From the IMG/VR virus record IMGVR_UViG_2565956725_000003, positions 1-41,483 of that record: a DNA stretch of 41,483 nucleotides; one strand, given 5' to 3'. The translations under genes were made by a program, and so were the position numbers. The notes below the pieces were generated by a model. The model saw only the letters and a program-made list of their open reading frames with translations, was not told the DNA's origin and did not search any database. This stretch comes from a virus (taxonomy: Duplodnaviria; Heunggongvirae; Uroviricota; Caudoviricetes). Numbering within the stretch: the stretch's first letter is position 1; each line of letters opens with the position of its first letter. Of this stretch, positions 26,352 through 34,522 are shown piece by piece.

Positions 26352-27827
26352 TTAAGCATAGGGATCGTAATCTGTGATGGCCTTGCCTTGCTGGTTCTGC
26401 TGCCCGGGAATTCGCAGACGCTTAGACACAGGGAACGCAAACGTCAGCAGTAGCGCATCGCCTTTACCCGGTGAACGCCCAAGCCGCTCCTTGATATCTT
26501 CCTTCGGTTCGATAACGATTTTACCGTCCACTCGAACTTTGTACTCTGCCGCCGACAGGTCGTCTGCTGTTTCCTGGTCATCCAGCATGCCGCCAAGCCT
26601 CAGCCATGTCTTGCATGAATTGAACATCTCCCCACGCTTGTTGAGCATCTGCGGGTCAGTAGACGCGCCACCGAACGGAACAAGTTGCCATGTACGACCC
26701 CAGCCGTCACCGATTGACTTCAGACCGGTTCCGTAACCGAAGTCGATGAACACCGCGTCAGCCTGATACTGGTCTTCAAAGTCAGCGATACGCTTCGCCA
26801 TAATCAGATCGTCAGTGGTCTTGTTGCCAGTCCATAGCACCTTACTATGCAACCCCTGCCGCAGGTATATCACCGCGTCATCAACGCCTGAATATGCCGG
26901 GTCAACACCGATTATCACCGGAGCATGTGCCACCTGCGCAGCGGTTACCACCCGTTTCATTGCCTCATCAGTAAGACCGGTAGGGATAAACTGCAATTCA
27001 GATGCATCAGGGAATATGCCGCGCACACGGATTTTAACGAAGTCGCTGTCTTCCCCGTAGTCATCAACCCATTTCTGCAACTGCTGTTTGTTAGTACCTT
27101 CCACCGTCCGGCTGTCAATCTGCGCAGTTTTCCAGCGGTGTTTGTATTTGCGGAAACATTCGCGAAAACGCCCGGTATTACGTGTAGGGTTTCCGAACGC
27201 CACCCAGATAATCTCAGTGTCTTCGTCCGTAAGCGCACCCTCAGCAACTTCCCACACCAGATCCGCAATGTTCGACGCTTCATCGAATACCACGATGATG
27301 CGTTTGCGCTCGTTGTGTAGTCCGGCGAATGCCTCAGTGTTGTGCTCAGACCAGGGGATTGCGTCAGCTCGCCACCGCTTGTCGTGCCCAGGATCATTGC
27401 TGTACATCGCGGTAGCGGTACAGGTAAACCAGTCTTTCGTGATAGCAAGGTTCGACCACTTGATAATTTCCGGCCAGGTCTTCGTTCGTAGCTGGTTGTC
27501 GGTGTTGGCGGTCACCACGACCTTACAATCCTCGCAAGTGGACATGCCCCAGTTGATCAACATTGAGATGAATGCTGATTTACCAATACCGTGGCCCGAA
27601 GCACGTGCCAGCATAAGCGGCTGATAGCGCGTCTCTGGATTCTGCAGGTGATCACGTATCTCTCGGAACGCATCAGCCTGCCACTGACGTGGGCCGGTGG
27701 CATGTGCCAGTTCAGTCCCCTCTTCCCCCCAAGGGAACGCATAGAGGACATAGCCAAGCGGATCGTGAGTGAACCCTGCAATATCCTCGATCAACTGCTC
27801 TTCAGGAGATAACGCTGTATCTGTCAC
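26352..27827 (-). CDS. terminase large subunit
   Basis: 491 aa immediately downstream of the small subunit with overlapping stop/start. Confidence 0.85.
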   Translation of the reverse strand: MTDTALSPEEQLIEDIAGFTHDPLGYVLYAFPWGEEGTELAHATGPRQWQADAFREIRDHLQNPETRYQPLMLARASGHGIGKSAFISMLINWGMSTCEDCKVVVTANTDNQLRTKTWPEIIKWSNLAITKDWFTCTATAMYSNDPGHDKRWRADAIPWSEHNTEAFAGLHNERKRIIVVFDEASNIADLVWEVAEGALTDEDTEIIWVAFGNPTRNTGRFRECFRKYKHRWKTAQIDSRTVEGTNKQQLQKWVDDYGEDSDFVKIRVRGIFPDASELQFIPTGLTDEAMKRVVTAAQVAHAPVIIGVDPAYSGVDDAVIYLRQGLHSKVLWTGNKTTDDLIMAKRIADFEDQYQADAVFIDFGYGTGLKSIGDGWGRTWQLVPFGGASTDPQMLNKRGEMFNSCKTWLRLGGMLDDQETADDLSAAEYKVRVDGKIVIEPKEDIKERLGRSPGKGDALLLTFAFPVSKRLRIPGQQNQQGKAITDYDPYA

Positions 27828-28420
27828 TGATTACCATCCTGACGTTCTTTGAGTCGCTTCCTGGCTGCTGCTATGCGATCAGCAATTGTCACATTCACAT
27901 TAACATCCAGACGTTCTTTGAACGCGTTGACATCAACATGCTTACCAATCAGCTCAAGGTTCTTCACCTTGTCAGGCCATTTAATTTTTTTGAGGATTGT
28001 CTCTATCGAATCCTCGTTCATGTTCATGATGGTCGATGACAGATCAAAGCCACTAAGCGTAGTGCGCCAGATTTTCGGCCACTCGCGGATTGGCTTAAGG
28101 CTCCCATCGTCGTTGAGGATGTCGATCACGTCCATCTGGTCGATCTCCACCAGGCGCATGAGAACGTAATCAGCACTGACGCGCATTCGTTTGTTGCGCT
28201 CTTCCATCAGCTCGGCAATCCGTTTTTGAATGCGTTCATCGCGCATCATGACACTGGCTTTAACTGCCGCTGTATTTGGGGAGAATCCTGCGTTAATCGC
28301 TGCCTGAGTCTGGTTTTCAGGCGTTTTGATGTATGACTGGCAATAAGCCTCCTGCATTGCTGTTAGTGGCTTAAATTGCGTTGATTTGCGTTTATAGGTT
28401 TTAGGTTCAGCAGGCATCAT
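27824..28420 (-). CDS. terminase small subunit
   Basis: About 198 aa from ATG 28420/28417; helix-turn-helix-like KPLTAMQEAYCQSYIKTP...TQAAINAGFS; the ORF-track N-terminal extension is rejected. Confidence 0.75.
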   Translation of the reverse strand: MMPAEPKTYKRKSTQFKPLTAMQEAYCQSYIKTPENQTQAAINAGFSPNTAAVKASVMMRDERIQKRIAELMEERNKRMRVSADYVLMRLVEIDQMDVIDILNDDGSLKPIREWPKIWRTTLSGFDLSSTIMNMNEDSIETILKKIKWPDKVKNLELIGKHVDVNAFKERLDVNVNVTIADRIAAARKRLKERQDGNQ

Positions 28421-28436
28421 AACCACCGTGGTAATA

Positions 28437-28453
28437 GTTACCGTTGTGGTAAT
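28437..28453. promoter_or_regulatory. operator-like palindrome (copy 5) just upstream of the terminase small subunit
   Basis: GTTACCGTTGTGGTAAT within a GGTAATAGT direct repeat, 17 bp from the start codon. Confidence 0.55.
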
Positions 28454-28494
28454 AGTAACATGCAAAATAAAGCCGCCATAGTTGGCGGCAGTAT

Positions 28495-28728
28495 TCAAAG
28501 TCCATCAAATTCATCGTAAAAACTCTCGTCAAGATACCCTTCCCATTTACCGCGAATGAAAATTACACCCTCGCCGCAATGGTGATGACTGTCGATAACT
28601 ATATCCCTCCTGGCGCAACCATACTTATGCATGAGAAATTTAACCTCTTTCGGAAAATTTGCTGAGTTATCTCTCATATCTTCAAGGTCGTAGCGTATTT
28701 TTGGCATAACACCTTCGTGACATGTCAC
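28495..28728 (-). CDS. hypothetical protein
   Basis: 77 aa, GTG start overlapping the upstream stop. Confidence 0.45.
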   Translation of the reverse strand: MTCHEGVMPKIRYDLEDMRDNSANFPKEVKFLMHKYGCARRDIVIDSHHHCGEGVIFIRGKWEGYLDESFYDEFDGL

Positions 28729-29063
28729 ACTATTAATTTCGTTTCATGCCAGCCTTTAGTCACCCAGCATTGCGAGTCACCATTACACGGGCATGAATTA
28801 ACTGGAACTCTCTCGCCGCACTTACCGCAACGTTTTCTGCTGATCGATTTTATACGCCCGCGCACGCGTGCATCATCCTGGCGGATCAGTAACGCTATAT
28901 ACTCACCAAATTCGTAAGGCGCACGCCCGGGGCGACGCGTGGCACAGTTACTCTCCAGCATTTCAATTTCCTGAGCATCAAGCACAATTTCCAGCTTACG
29001 CACACCAGATGCAGCTTGTCTGGCTCTCTGAGCGGCTTTGCGCTCTGCTGCTGATTTAGCCAT
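28725..29063 (-). CDS. hypothetical protein with basic N-terminus and C-terminal Cys cluster
   Basis: 112 aa, RBS AGGAAA; CGKCG-x9-CPC motif. Confidence 0.5.
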   Translation of the reverse strand: MAKSAAERKAAQRARQAASGVRKLEIVLDAQEIEMLESNCATRRPGRAPYEFGEYIALLIRQDDARVRGRIKSISRKRCGKCGERVPVNSCPCNGDSQCWVTKGWHETKLIV

Positions 29064-29400
29064 TCTGATTTTCCTGCATCATGAGAAATACAATCATGGC
29101 GGCGCGGAGAGGTCTGGTATCAAATATTGGTCTTACGCCTTTTGCATCAACACACCATTCAGTTAACTGGTCTAAGATAGAAATCCTGTGTTTCTCAATA
29201 ATCGGCCATGAGGCGCTAGGATCATTGCAGTAGTCAGGTAAAGGGTTTAATGGCTCAAAAGTTGTATCAGTATTTCCGTAATACCATTTGTTGGTGTTAT
29301 TCCCTGATGTTTCCGGTTTACATGCCCAAAGGCCTTTAAAAATTATGTCTCCTACCATTCTGTTAATTTCAAAATCACTTAACTGTGAATAGTCCATCAC
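29056..29400 (-). CDS. hypothetical phage protein
   Basis: 114 aa, ATGA overlap with the upstream gene. Confidence 0.5.
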   Translation of the reverse strand: MMDYSQLSDFEINRMVGDIIFKGLWACKPETSGNNTNKWYYGNTDTTFEPLNPLPDYCNDPSASWPIIEKHRISILDQLTEWCVDAKGVRPIFDTRPLRAAMIVFLMMQENQNG

Positions 29401-30017
29401 TTCACCTCCTGCGGCGGTTCTGGTAGAGGCATCCAGTGGGTTACTTTCGATGCCGGTTCTTCCACATCGTCAGTAACTGCCCACCATTTGTTTTTCGACC
29501 AATCGTAATACCCTTCGAAGGTATCGCACTCAGTCCAGCCGTAAGACTTCCCCCAACACCAAACATACTGTTTATCGTTCGGCATTCGCTCACTACAGCT
29601 TATCCAACCATCCGGAGTTACCGGAGAGTTGCCCGACAGCTCGTTCAACTTATAAGTCTGGCTTACAGGTTCGGCACCATTAAGCATGGAGGCGCGGCAG
29701 GCGTTCCAGCCTTCATCAAAGCCGACTATGCCATTATTTAAAGACGGACGAGCATCTGGCACCATCGGCACTGGCTTGGCTATATATAGCGGCTGAACAT
29801 ACCAGCCCTTTGATAACCAACTGTCAGCAATGTTTTTACTCCTCGTTATTGCCGGAATACCTAAGCCATTTTCTGAATGCAGCCATGCCACCGGCTCCTC
29901 TTCTAGCGATGCCAGAGCAATTTCATAAGCCCGGCGCTCAATATTGTCTCGCACGTCCAGGCTGCCTATGCGTTCTTTGATTTCTTTAATCATTTCTTTG
30001 TCGGTTAAAGTTGTCAT
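29397..30017 (-). CDS. DUF551-like phage protein
   Basis: 206 aa; Trp-rich C-terminus (WISCSERMP ... [11 protein letters not shown]) as recalled for DUF551. Confidence 0.5.
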   Translation of the reverse strand: MTTLTDKEMIKEIKERIGSLDVRDNIERRAYEIALASLEEEPVAWLHSENGLGIPAITRSKNIADSWLSKGWYVQPLYIAKPVPMVPDARPSLNNGIVGFDEGWNACRASMLNGAEPVSQTYKLNELSGNSPVTPDGWISCSERMPNDKQYVWCWGKSYGWTECDTFEGYYDWSKNKWWAVTDDVEEPASKVTHWMPLPEPPQEVK

Positions 30018-30020
30018 GTG

Positions 30021-30308
30021 TTAGTCCTCATCCACTTCAACGCCATCTTTCAGCGTGATGCCGTGCCAATCATCAGCCCAACTGGTTAGCCCTGGCGCAT
30101 CAATGCTAGGCATATAAACGCTTGCAGTGTGGTAGCCCTTATCGTTATCAATGCTGGCAACGTGCTCGCCGTTGTATGCGCTCAGCGTGTCCAGGACGCT
30201 ATAAAACTTTCCTCCGGCTGCCCTGAAATCCTTTACAGCCTTCACAAGGCGATTCCACGCTTTTTCCTGTTCTGGCGTCAGGTCGATTAATTCCTGCAAA
30301 GTTGCCAT
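30021..30308 (-). CDS. hypothetical protein
   Basis: 95 aa from ATG 30308 with RBS AAGGAGGG. Confidence 0.5.
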   Translation of the reverse strand: MATLQELIDLTPEQEKAWNRLVKAVKDFRAAGGKFYSVLDTLSAYNGEHVASIDNDKGYHTASVYMPSIDAPGLTSWADDWHGITLKDGVEVDED

Positions 30309-30309
30309 A

Positions 30310-31038
30310 TCACCCTCCTTTGATGCCAATGCCAGCAAGCCAGTTTCTTATGCCGATATATTCAGCGTTCCTGAAACCGCCATTTACATATATAAATGGC
30401 AAGCGAAGATTGTGACCATTGGCTGCCAGGTAGTCTTTACAACCCTGTTCGGTGAAACAGCAGGTAACGAATTCATCAATATCTTTCACAGCAACGCGCC
30501 GCCATTTTTCTGGTGGTTCCCGAAAGTTTTCATGAAGTAGTTCGAGACGACGACTTTGGCGTTTATTGGCTTCATTGCCATCTTCATCAACCCAGACAAT
30601 CCTGTCATAGTCATAATCAGCATCAACAACGATTTCGCGCTTTTGATACACACAAAACATAGGGTCTGACGTTATTCGATTATCCTGTGTTCGAATATTT
30701 TCACCGATGATGCCAAACGAATCTGGTGCAGATTTTGTCTTCAACTCTTCGATACGTTTGCTTTGAGCTTCCAGTTCATCAAGAAGCGCAAGCATGGTAG
30801 CCGGACTGGCTGCGGCGATGAATTCAGCATTTGCCTGCTGTTCCATTTGGAAATCTTCATCGAAACCGCTTTCAGGATGCGCTCCTTCAATTCTGCAAAT
30901 GGGAATATATCCAGCAGCCTCGCGATGAATTAGCGCATCATCACCATCAAATCGGCCCTCTCCATATTCGAGCGACCATACACCACACGTTGCTTTCTCT
31001 GCCTTTTCACGCAGTGCCTGATAGTCAATCTTGCTCAC
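30310..31038 (-). CDS. Ea22-like early protein
   Basis: 243 aa from GTG 31038 (RBS AGGAGG, GTGA overlap); N-terminus SKIDYQALREKAEKAT as recalled for Ea22-like proteins. Confidence 0.5.
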   Translation of the reverse strand: MSKIDYQALREKAEKATCGVWSLEYGEGRFDGDDALIHREAAGYIPICRIEGAHPESGFDEDFQMEQQANAEFIAAASPATMLALLDELEAQSKRIEELKTKSAPDSFGIIGENIRTQDNRITSDPMFCVYQKREIVVDADYDYDRIVWVDEDGNEANKRQSRRLELLHENFREPPEKWRRVAVKDIDEFVTCCFTEQGCKDYLAANGHNLRLPFIYVNGGFRNAEYIGIRNWLAGIGIKGG

Positions 31039-31694
31039 TGGTTTCCTCCTTTGCGAAGCTGTTCCGCACAATCCAGCAGGGCGTCCGTCGCTTCTTTCAC
31101 CGTAACGATGTCGCCATCGTCCAGCCCGACAACCGTCGCGTTCTTAACGAACACCGAGCAAAGGTCATTAAACGCCTGCGCCCGCACTTCAGCCAGGCAT
31201 TTGCGAAACTCGGAAACGTACTGTTCGACGCTCATTCCCCAGCTAAGTGGACATTCATTGAATGTTTCGCCTTCGTGCTCTTCATCAGGTAGCTCTTTGG
31301 TAAAGAACTCACGTTCAATGGCGTGGAGTGTGTCAGCAAAACGACGTAAGTTACTCAAACCTGTCGTAATGGAGAATTCAGGAGCATCACATCCGACGCC
31401 CATCTGCTGATAAACGGCGGTTTTGAAGGCCTTCAGCCCCGCATTCTCCGCCGCCAACGCCGAAAACTTCTCGTGTGCCAACTTAACAGCCGCATCAGCC
31501 TGCTTAATTGACTCAATCGCTTTCTGCTGGTCTTCGGCCAGCGCATTAGCACGCACCAGTTGCACTTCCAGTTGCGTTGCCAAATCGCTGATCAGCTTTG
31601 CCACACTGCGCATATCAACGGCACCACATTCTGCTTTCAGTTCCGAAGCCATCTCATGCCCGGCGGCAACTAACCCTTTGATATTACTTTCCAT
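31035..31694 (-). CDS. coiled-coil early protein (Ea22-like?)
   Basis: 219 aa, RBS GAGGG, coiled-coil N-terminal half. Confidence 0.45.
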   Translation of the reverse strand: MESNIKGLVAAGHEMASELKAECGAVDMRSVAKLISDLATQLEVQLVRANALAEDQQKAIESIKQADAAVKLAHEKFSALAAENAGLKAFKTAVYQQMGVGCDAPEFSITTGLSNLRRFADTLHAIEREFFTKELPDEEHEGETFNECPLSWGMSVEQYVSEFRKCLAEVRAQAFNDLCSVFVKNATVVGLDDGDIVTVKEATDALLDCAEQLRKGGNQ

Positions 31695-31755
31695 CTTTAC
31701 CCTCGCTTATCCACATAACTTATTGATTACATTGATAACTAAAAAGATCGTCGAT

Positions 31756-32100
31756 TCAGAACTCTTCGATGTTCCAGCCACCACCTGTTTTCTTTGGTTT
31801 AACCGTTACCCCGATGATTCGGAACGGATACTGATCTGCGGCGACTTTGGTTTTCACCCTGGCGTCGTCGGTCCAGAAACCTTTCACTTCGTGCAGTTCC
31901 ATCTCTCCGGTGGCGAGCATCACAGCGAAATCTGGCGTATAGAACGTGTTGTCAGCTAACCGCAGCTTGATACCCTCGAATCGATACCAGGCGATTTCCC
32001 CTGCACGTTTACGCAGCTCAAGGTGCTGGCAATACGCAGATTCAGTTTTGTTCATCTGGCCTGTTTTGAGTCGACCAAGAGCCTGTATCTGTTTTCTCAT
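31756..32100 (-). CDS. putative PD-(D/E)XK nuclease-fold protein
   Basis: 114 aa; TPDF...ELHEVKG resembles a PD-x(n)-E-x-K motif; start codon and RBS overlap palindrome copy 6. Confidence 0.4.
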   Translation of the reverse strand: MRKQIQALGRLKTGQMNKTESAYCQHLELRKRAGEIAWYRFEGIKLRLADNTFYTPDFAVMLATGEMELHEVKGFWTDDARVKTKVAADQYPFRIIGVTVKPKKTGGGWNIEEF

Positions 32101-32102
32101 GA

Positions 32103-32119
32103 TTTACCTCTGAGGTAAT
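32103..32119. promoter_or_regulatory. operator-like palindrome (copy 6)
   Basis: TTTACCTCTGAGGTAAT overlapping the RBS/start of the 31756..32100 gene. Confidence 0.5.
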
Positions 32120-32164
32120 TAAAAACCACATAAGACATGAAATCAATAGAGTTTATAATATTTT

Positions 32165-32181
32165 GTTACCTAACAGGTAAT
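32165..32181. promoter_or_regulatory. operator-like palindrome (copy 7)
   Basis: GTTACCTAACAGGTAAT, 62 bp from copy 6, in the gap downstream of the P-like gene. Confidence 0.55.
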
Positions 32182-32217
32182 TATCGAGGCGTAAAAAAAT
32201 GCGCTATCGCGCTGGTA

Positions 32218-32994
32218 TTACTTGATAAATCCTGCCGCCTTTCCCCGCCTGTATTCCTCCATCAGCCACTGCGCCGGTGTTATTCCCCCAAGGGTGGCGG
32301 CGTTAGGCATGCACCCGAAACTTCGCCCTGGTGGATGGTAAACGTCTCTCCCTGTGTCCGGAGGTGTACTCATGGGCTCTGGCTTTGCCTGTATGCTGAT
32401 CACCGGATCGGGTATCTGCTGTCCGGAAGCCACCTTTTTCGCCCAATCATCGAGCAGCCTGCGCGCGTGTTTCTCAACCTCACTCTCGCTAAGCTGGCGC
32501 TGATACATTGCACGACGGGTATCACATACGACCCAGTACATAACCGGATGCCGCCACGGGAATCTTTCGGGACCACCAGGATATAAACTTTTTTCCTTGC
32601 TGTACCGGTGAAACTCCGCCATCACATCGTCAATGGTGACGCCAAGAACCATCTTGCTGTCTTTGCACCACTTGATGAATTGCCCTGGCGACGGCCAGAA
32701 CGGAGATTCACTGGCGCGGGCGTGGCGCATACCAGCGTTAACCTGTTCCATTGTAGTGATCCCATTCTCCAGAAACGCAAGCATCCATTGCTTACGGAAT
32801 TCATTAAGTTTGTTCTGCTCCCTTATGGTCGAAACGCTTGCAGGAAATGCAGCCTGTAACTGGACAAATAGTTCATTGAAAATTCTAGCAACCTGCTCCT
32901 TTTTGCCATTGCTGTCACGCCGCTCTTCATGCACAGCAACACCATGCTCACGTAAGCGATCGTACTCATTGAGAAGTTCTGGAGTTGATTTCAT
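32218..32994 (-). CDS. replication protein P-like (helicase loader)
   Basis: 258 aa; block FPASVSTIREQNKLNEFRKQWMLAFLENGITTMEQVNAGMRHAR...SPGQF aligns closely with lambda P as recalled. Confidence 0.8.
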   Translation of the reverse strand: MKSTPELLNEYDRLREHGVAVHEERRDSNGKKEQVARIFNELFVQLQAAFPASVSTIREQNKLNEFRKQWMLAFLENGITTMEQVNAGMRHARASESPFWPSPGQFIKWCKDSKMVLGVTIDDVMAEFHRYSKEKSLYPGGPERFPWRHPVMYWVVCDTRRAMYQRQLSESEVEKHARRLLDDWAKKVASGQQIPDPVISIQAKPEPMSTPPDTGRDVYHPPGRSFGCMPNAATLGGITPAQWLMEEYRRGKAAGFIK

Positions 32995-33796
32995 CCCACA
33001 CCCCTTCTATCCAGTCAGTGTTATTCCAGTCAAGCTCATCGCTTTTCCCGGCATTTTTTGATTTTCCCCTGATATGATTTACGTGCCTGGCGAATTTTTG
33101 TTCCCACTGAACCTGCGTGAACACTTTGCCCTCAGCCATCCAGTAATCCCGGAATGCAGCAAGTTCAGCAGGTGTAAATTCCGGTTCCGGCAGGGCCGTT
33201 CCCCACAGCGCAGCACGCCGCCGAAAATCTGGCGACGGTAGCCAGCCATCTGTCATCGGAAATTTCCCGATGGGTTCACTCAGGCCATCCAGAAATTCAG
33301 GTTCTGCCACCTGCAACGGCGTACTGTTCGCTTCACTGGTCGGAGCACCCTCGCGCACGTGCGCTATGTGTGGGGTTTTATATATATCTTCCTCTTCCTC
33401 TTCCTCTGGTAACTCCTTTTGTAACGCTGTTGGCGTTACTTTTTGCGTTACTCGTTTTCGATGCTCTGCCACTCTTCTATTCGTAAGTGCACGTTTTTTC
33501 GATGATTCTCCATTATGTCGCTCAAAGTTTGGAAGAATTAGTTTGCCGTCATGATAAGCAAGCCATCCGACGCTAATGAGGGCGTCAGCAAATCCTGTAA
33601 TAAAAGCGAGTCTATCAAGTACTCCTTTTGTAACGCTGCCAGCGTTACCGTCTATTGTTTGCTGGTCAGCCCATGCCCATATACGAACCAGCTTTCCAAG
33701 AACAGCATCTGGATCAATACCCAGAATTTCTGCTATCTGAAAAATTTCAGGTTTATCAGGAGTGATAACTTCAACCTTAATCCAGCTGCTTGCCAT
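32966..33796 (-). CDS. replication initiator (O-like)
   Basis: 276 aa from the second ATG (RBS AGAGGGG); acidic linker; C-terminal DnaT-like segment; ori-like palindromes lie inside the gene. Confidence 0.65.
   Translation of the reverse strand: MASSWIKVEVITPDKPEIFQIAEILGIDPDAVLGKLVRIWAWADQQTIDGNAGSVTKGVLDRLAFITGFADALISVGWLAYHDGKLILPNFERHNGESSKKRALTNRRVAEHRKRVTQKVTPTALQKELPEEEEEEDIYKTPHIAHVREGAPTSEANSTPLQVAEPEFLDGLSEPIGKFPMTDGWLPSPDFRRRAALWGTALPEPEFTPAELAAFRDYWMAEGKVFTQVQWEQKFARHVNHIRGKSKNAGKSDELDWNNTDWIEGVWDEINSRTSQ
33412..33648. repeat. ori-like iterons: two 19-bp palindromes GTAACGC-N5-GCGTTAC within an 18-bp direct repeat
   Basis: 33421-33439 and 33630-33648, each preceded by ACTCCTTTT; extra half-site GCGTTAC at 33445-33451; A+T tract 33376-33389; all inside the O-like gene linker. 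Confidence 0.55.
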
Positions 33797-33989
33797 AGGT
33801 TTCCCCTCTTGCACTCTTTAGTGCGCAAGCAAATTCATTACGATGGCGGTTGGCGCTATTCATTGCACATTCAACACATGTTCCGTTCAGAACATACCTT
33901 TCAGAGAGATGGCCGTGACGGCACCGCTTTCCTGTGAAATAGCGATTTAACCCGGCTTTTGCGGCCTCCATTCTGGTTACTATCTTCAA
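33777..33989 (-). CDS. small zinc-ribbon-like protein
   Basis: About 70 aa, start ambiguous (TTG 33989 or ATG 33971); CRHGH...CVEC motif; between the cro-like and O-like genes. Confidence 0.4.
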   Translation of the reverse strand: MKIVTRMEAAKAGLNRYFTGKRCRHGHLSERYVLNGTCVECAMNSANRHRNEFACALKSARGETYGKQLD

Positions 33990-34097
33990 TTTTTCCGCCC
34001 CTTTTTGTTATTGATATTGGCTATTTTGCACAATTGGAAAATTTGATCAACCAGATTTGGTTTTTTATTACCCTTAAGGTGCGAATAGATATGAAAA

Positions 34098-34115
34098 GAC
34101 CGCCGGATGGCGGTC
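34098..34115 (-). terminator. terminator-like hairpin downstream of the cro-like gene
   Basis: GACCGCC-GGAT-GGCGGTC; on the minus strand followed by TTTTCAT. Confidence 0.45.
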
Positions 34116-34137
34116 TACAGAGGGTTGTGGCTGGATA

Positions 34138-34368
34138 TCATGAGTAGAAGAAGTATGCCAGTTCTGCTTTTGAGCGCAGCCATTGTCTTGTTTTACAGGC
34201 TTTAAAAAGCCCATTCATCAATACTTTACCTGGCATTTTGCGCTTACCTGTTAAGTGAGTCTGGATATAGTGACTCGTCGTTCCGGCTTCCTGTGCGAAG
34301 GCTTCACGCTCATCCGGAGTAAGTGCAAGCCAGTGCTTTTTGAAATCGAAATGTCCGTTATCGCTCAT
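34138..34368 (-). CDS. Cro-like / YdaS-family HTH regulator
   Basis: 76 aa, divergent from the repressor gene across the operator-bearing intergenic region; HTH segment TSHYIQTHLTGKRKMPGKVL. Confidence 0.6.
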   Translation of the reverse strand: MSDNGHFDFKKHWLALTPDEREAFAQEAGTTSHYIQTHLTGKRKMPGKVLMNGLFKACKTRQWLRSKAELAYFFYS

Positions 34369-34434
34369 AGCTATTGCCTGATATTTATTTCAGATAATAA
34401 ATATTCACCCATAAGGTAACAAAAATCAAGGATA

Positions 34435-34451
34435 GTTACCTGTGGGGTGCA
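34435..34451. promoter_or_regulatory. operator-like site, imperfect (OR2-like)
   Basis: GTTACCTGTGGGGTGCA; left half conserved, right half GGTGC; tandem with copy 8. Confidence 0.45.
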
Positions 34452-34468
34452 TTTACCTGTTGGGTAAT
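34452..34468. promoter_or_regulatory. operator-like palindrome (copy 8, OR-like)
   Basis: TTTACCTGTTGGGTAAT in the 154-bp region between the divergent cro-like and repressor genes; GGTAAC half-site at 34415-34420. Confidence 0.65.
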
Positions 34469-34522
34469 ATTGCTTTAAATTGAATCATCTACTGATTCAT
34501 ATATGAGGCGATTTTCCAGAAA

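Noticed and set aside
28421-28498. N-terminal extension of terS (MNTAANYGGFILHVTITTTVTITTVV)
   Set aside because: Low-complexity translation of the operator-bearing upstream region; the terminase-like sequence begins at MMPAEPK.
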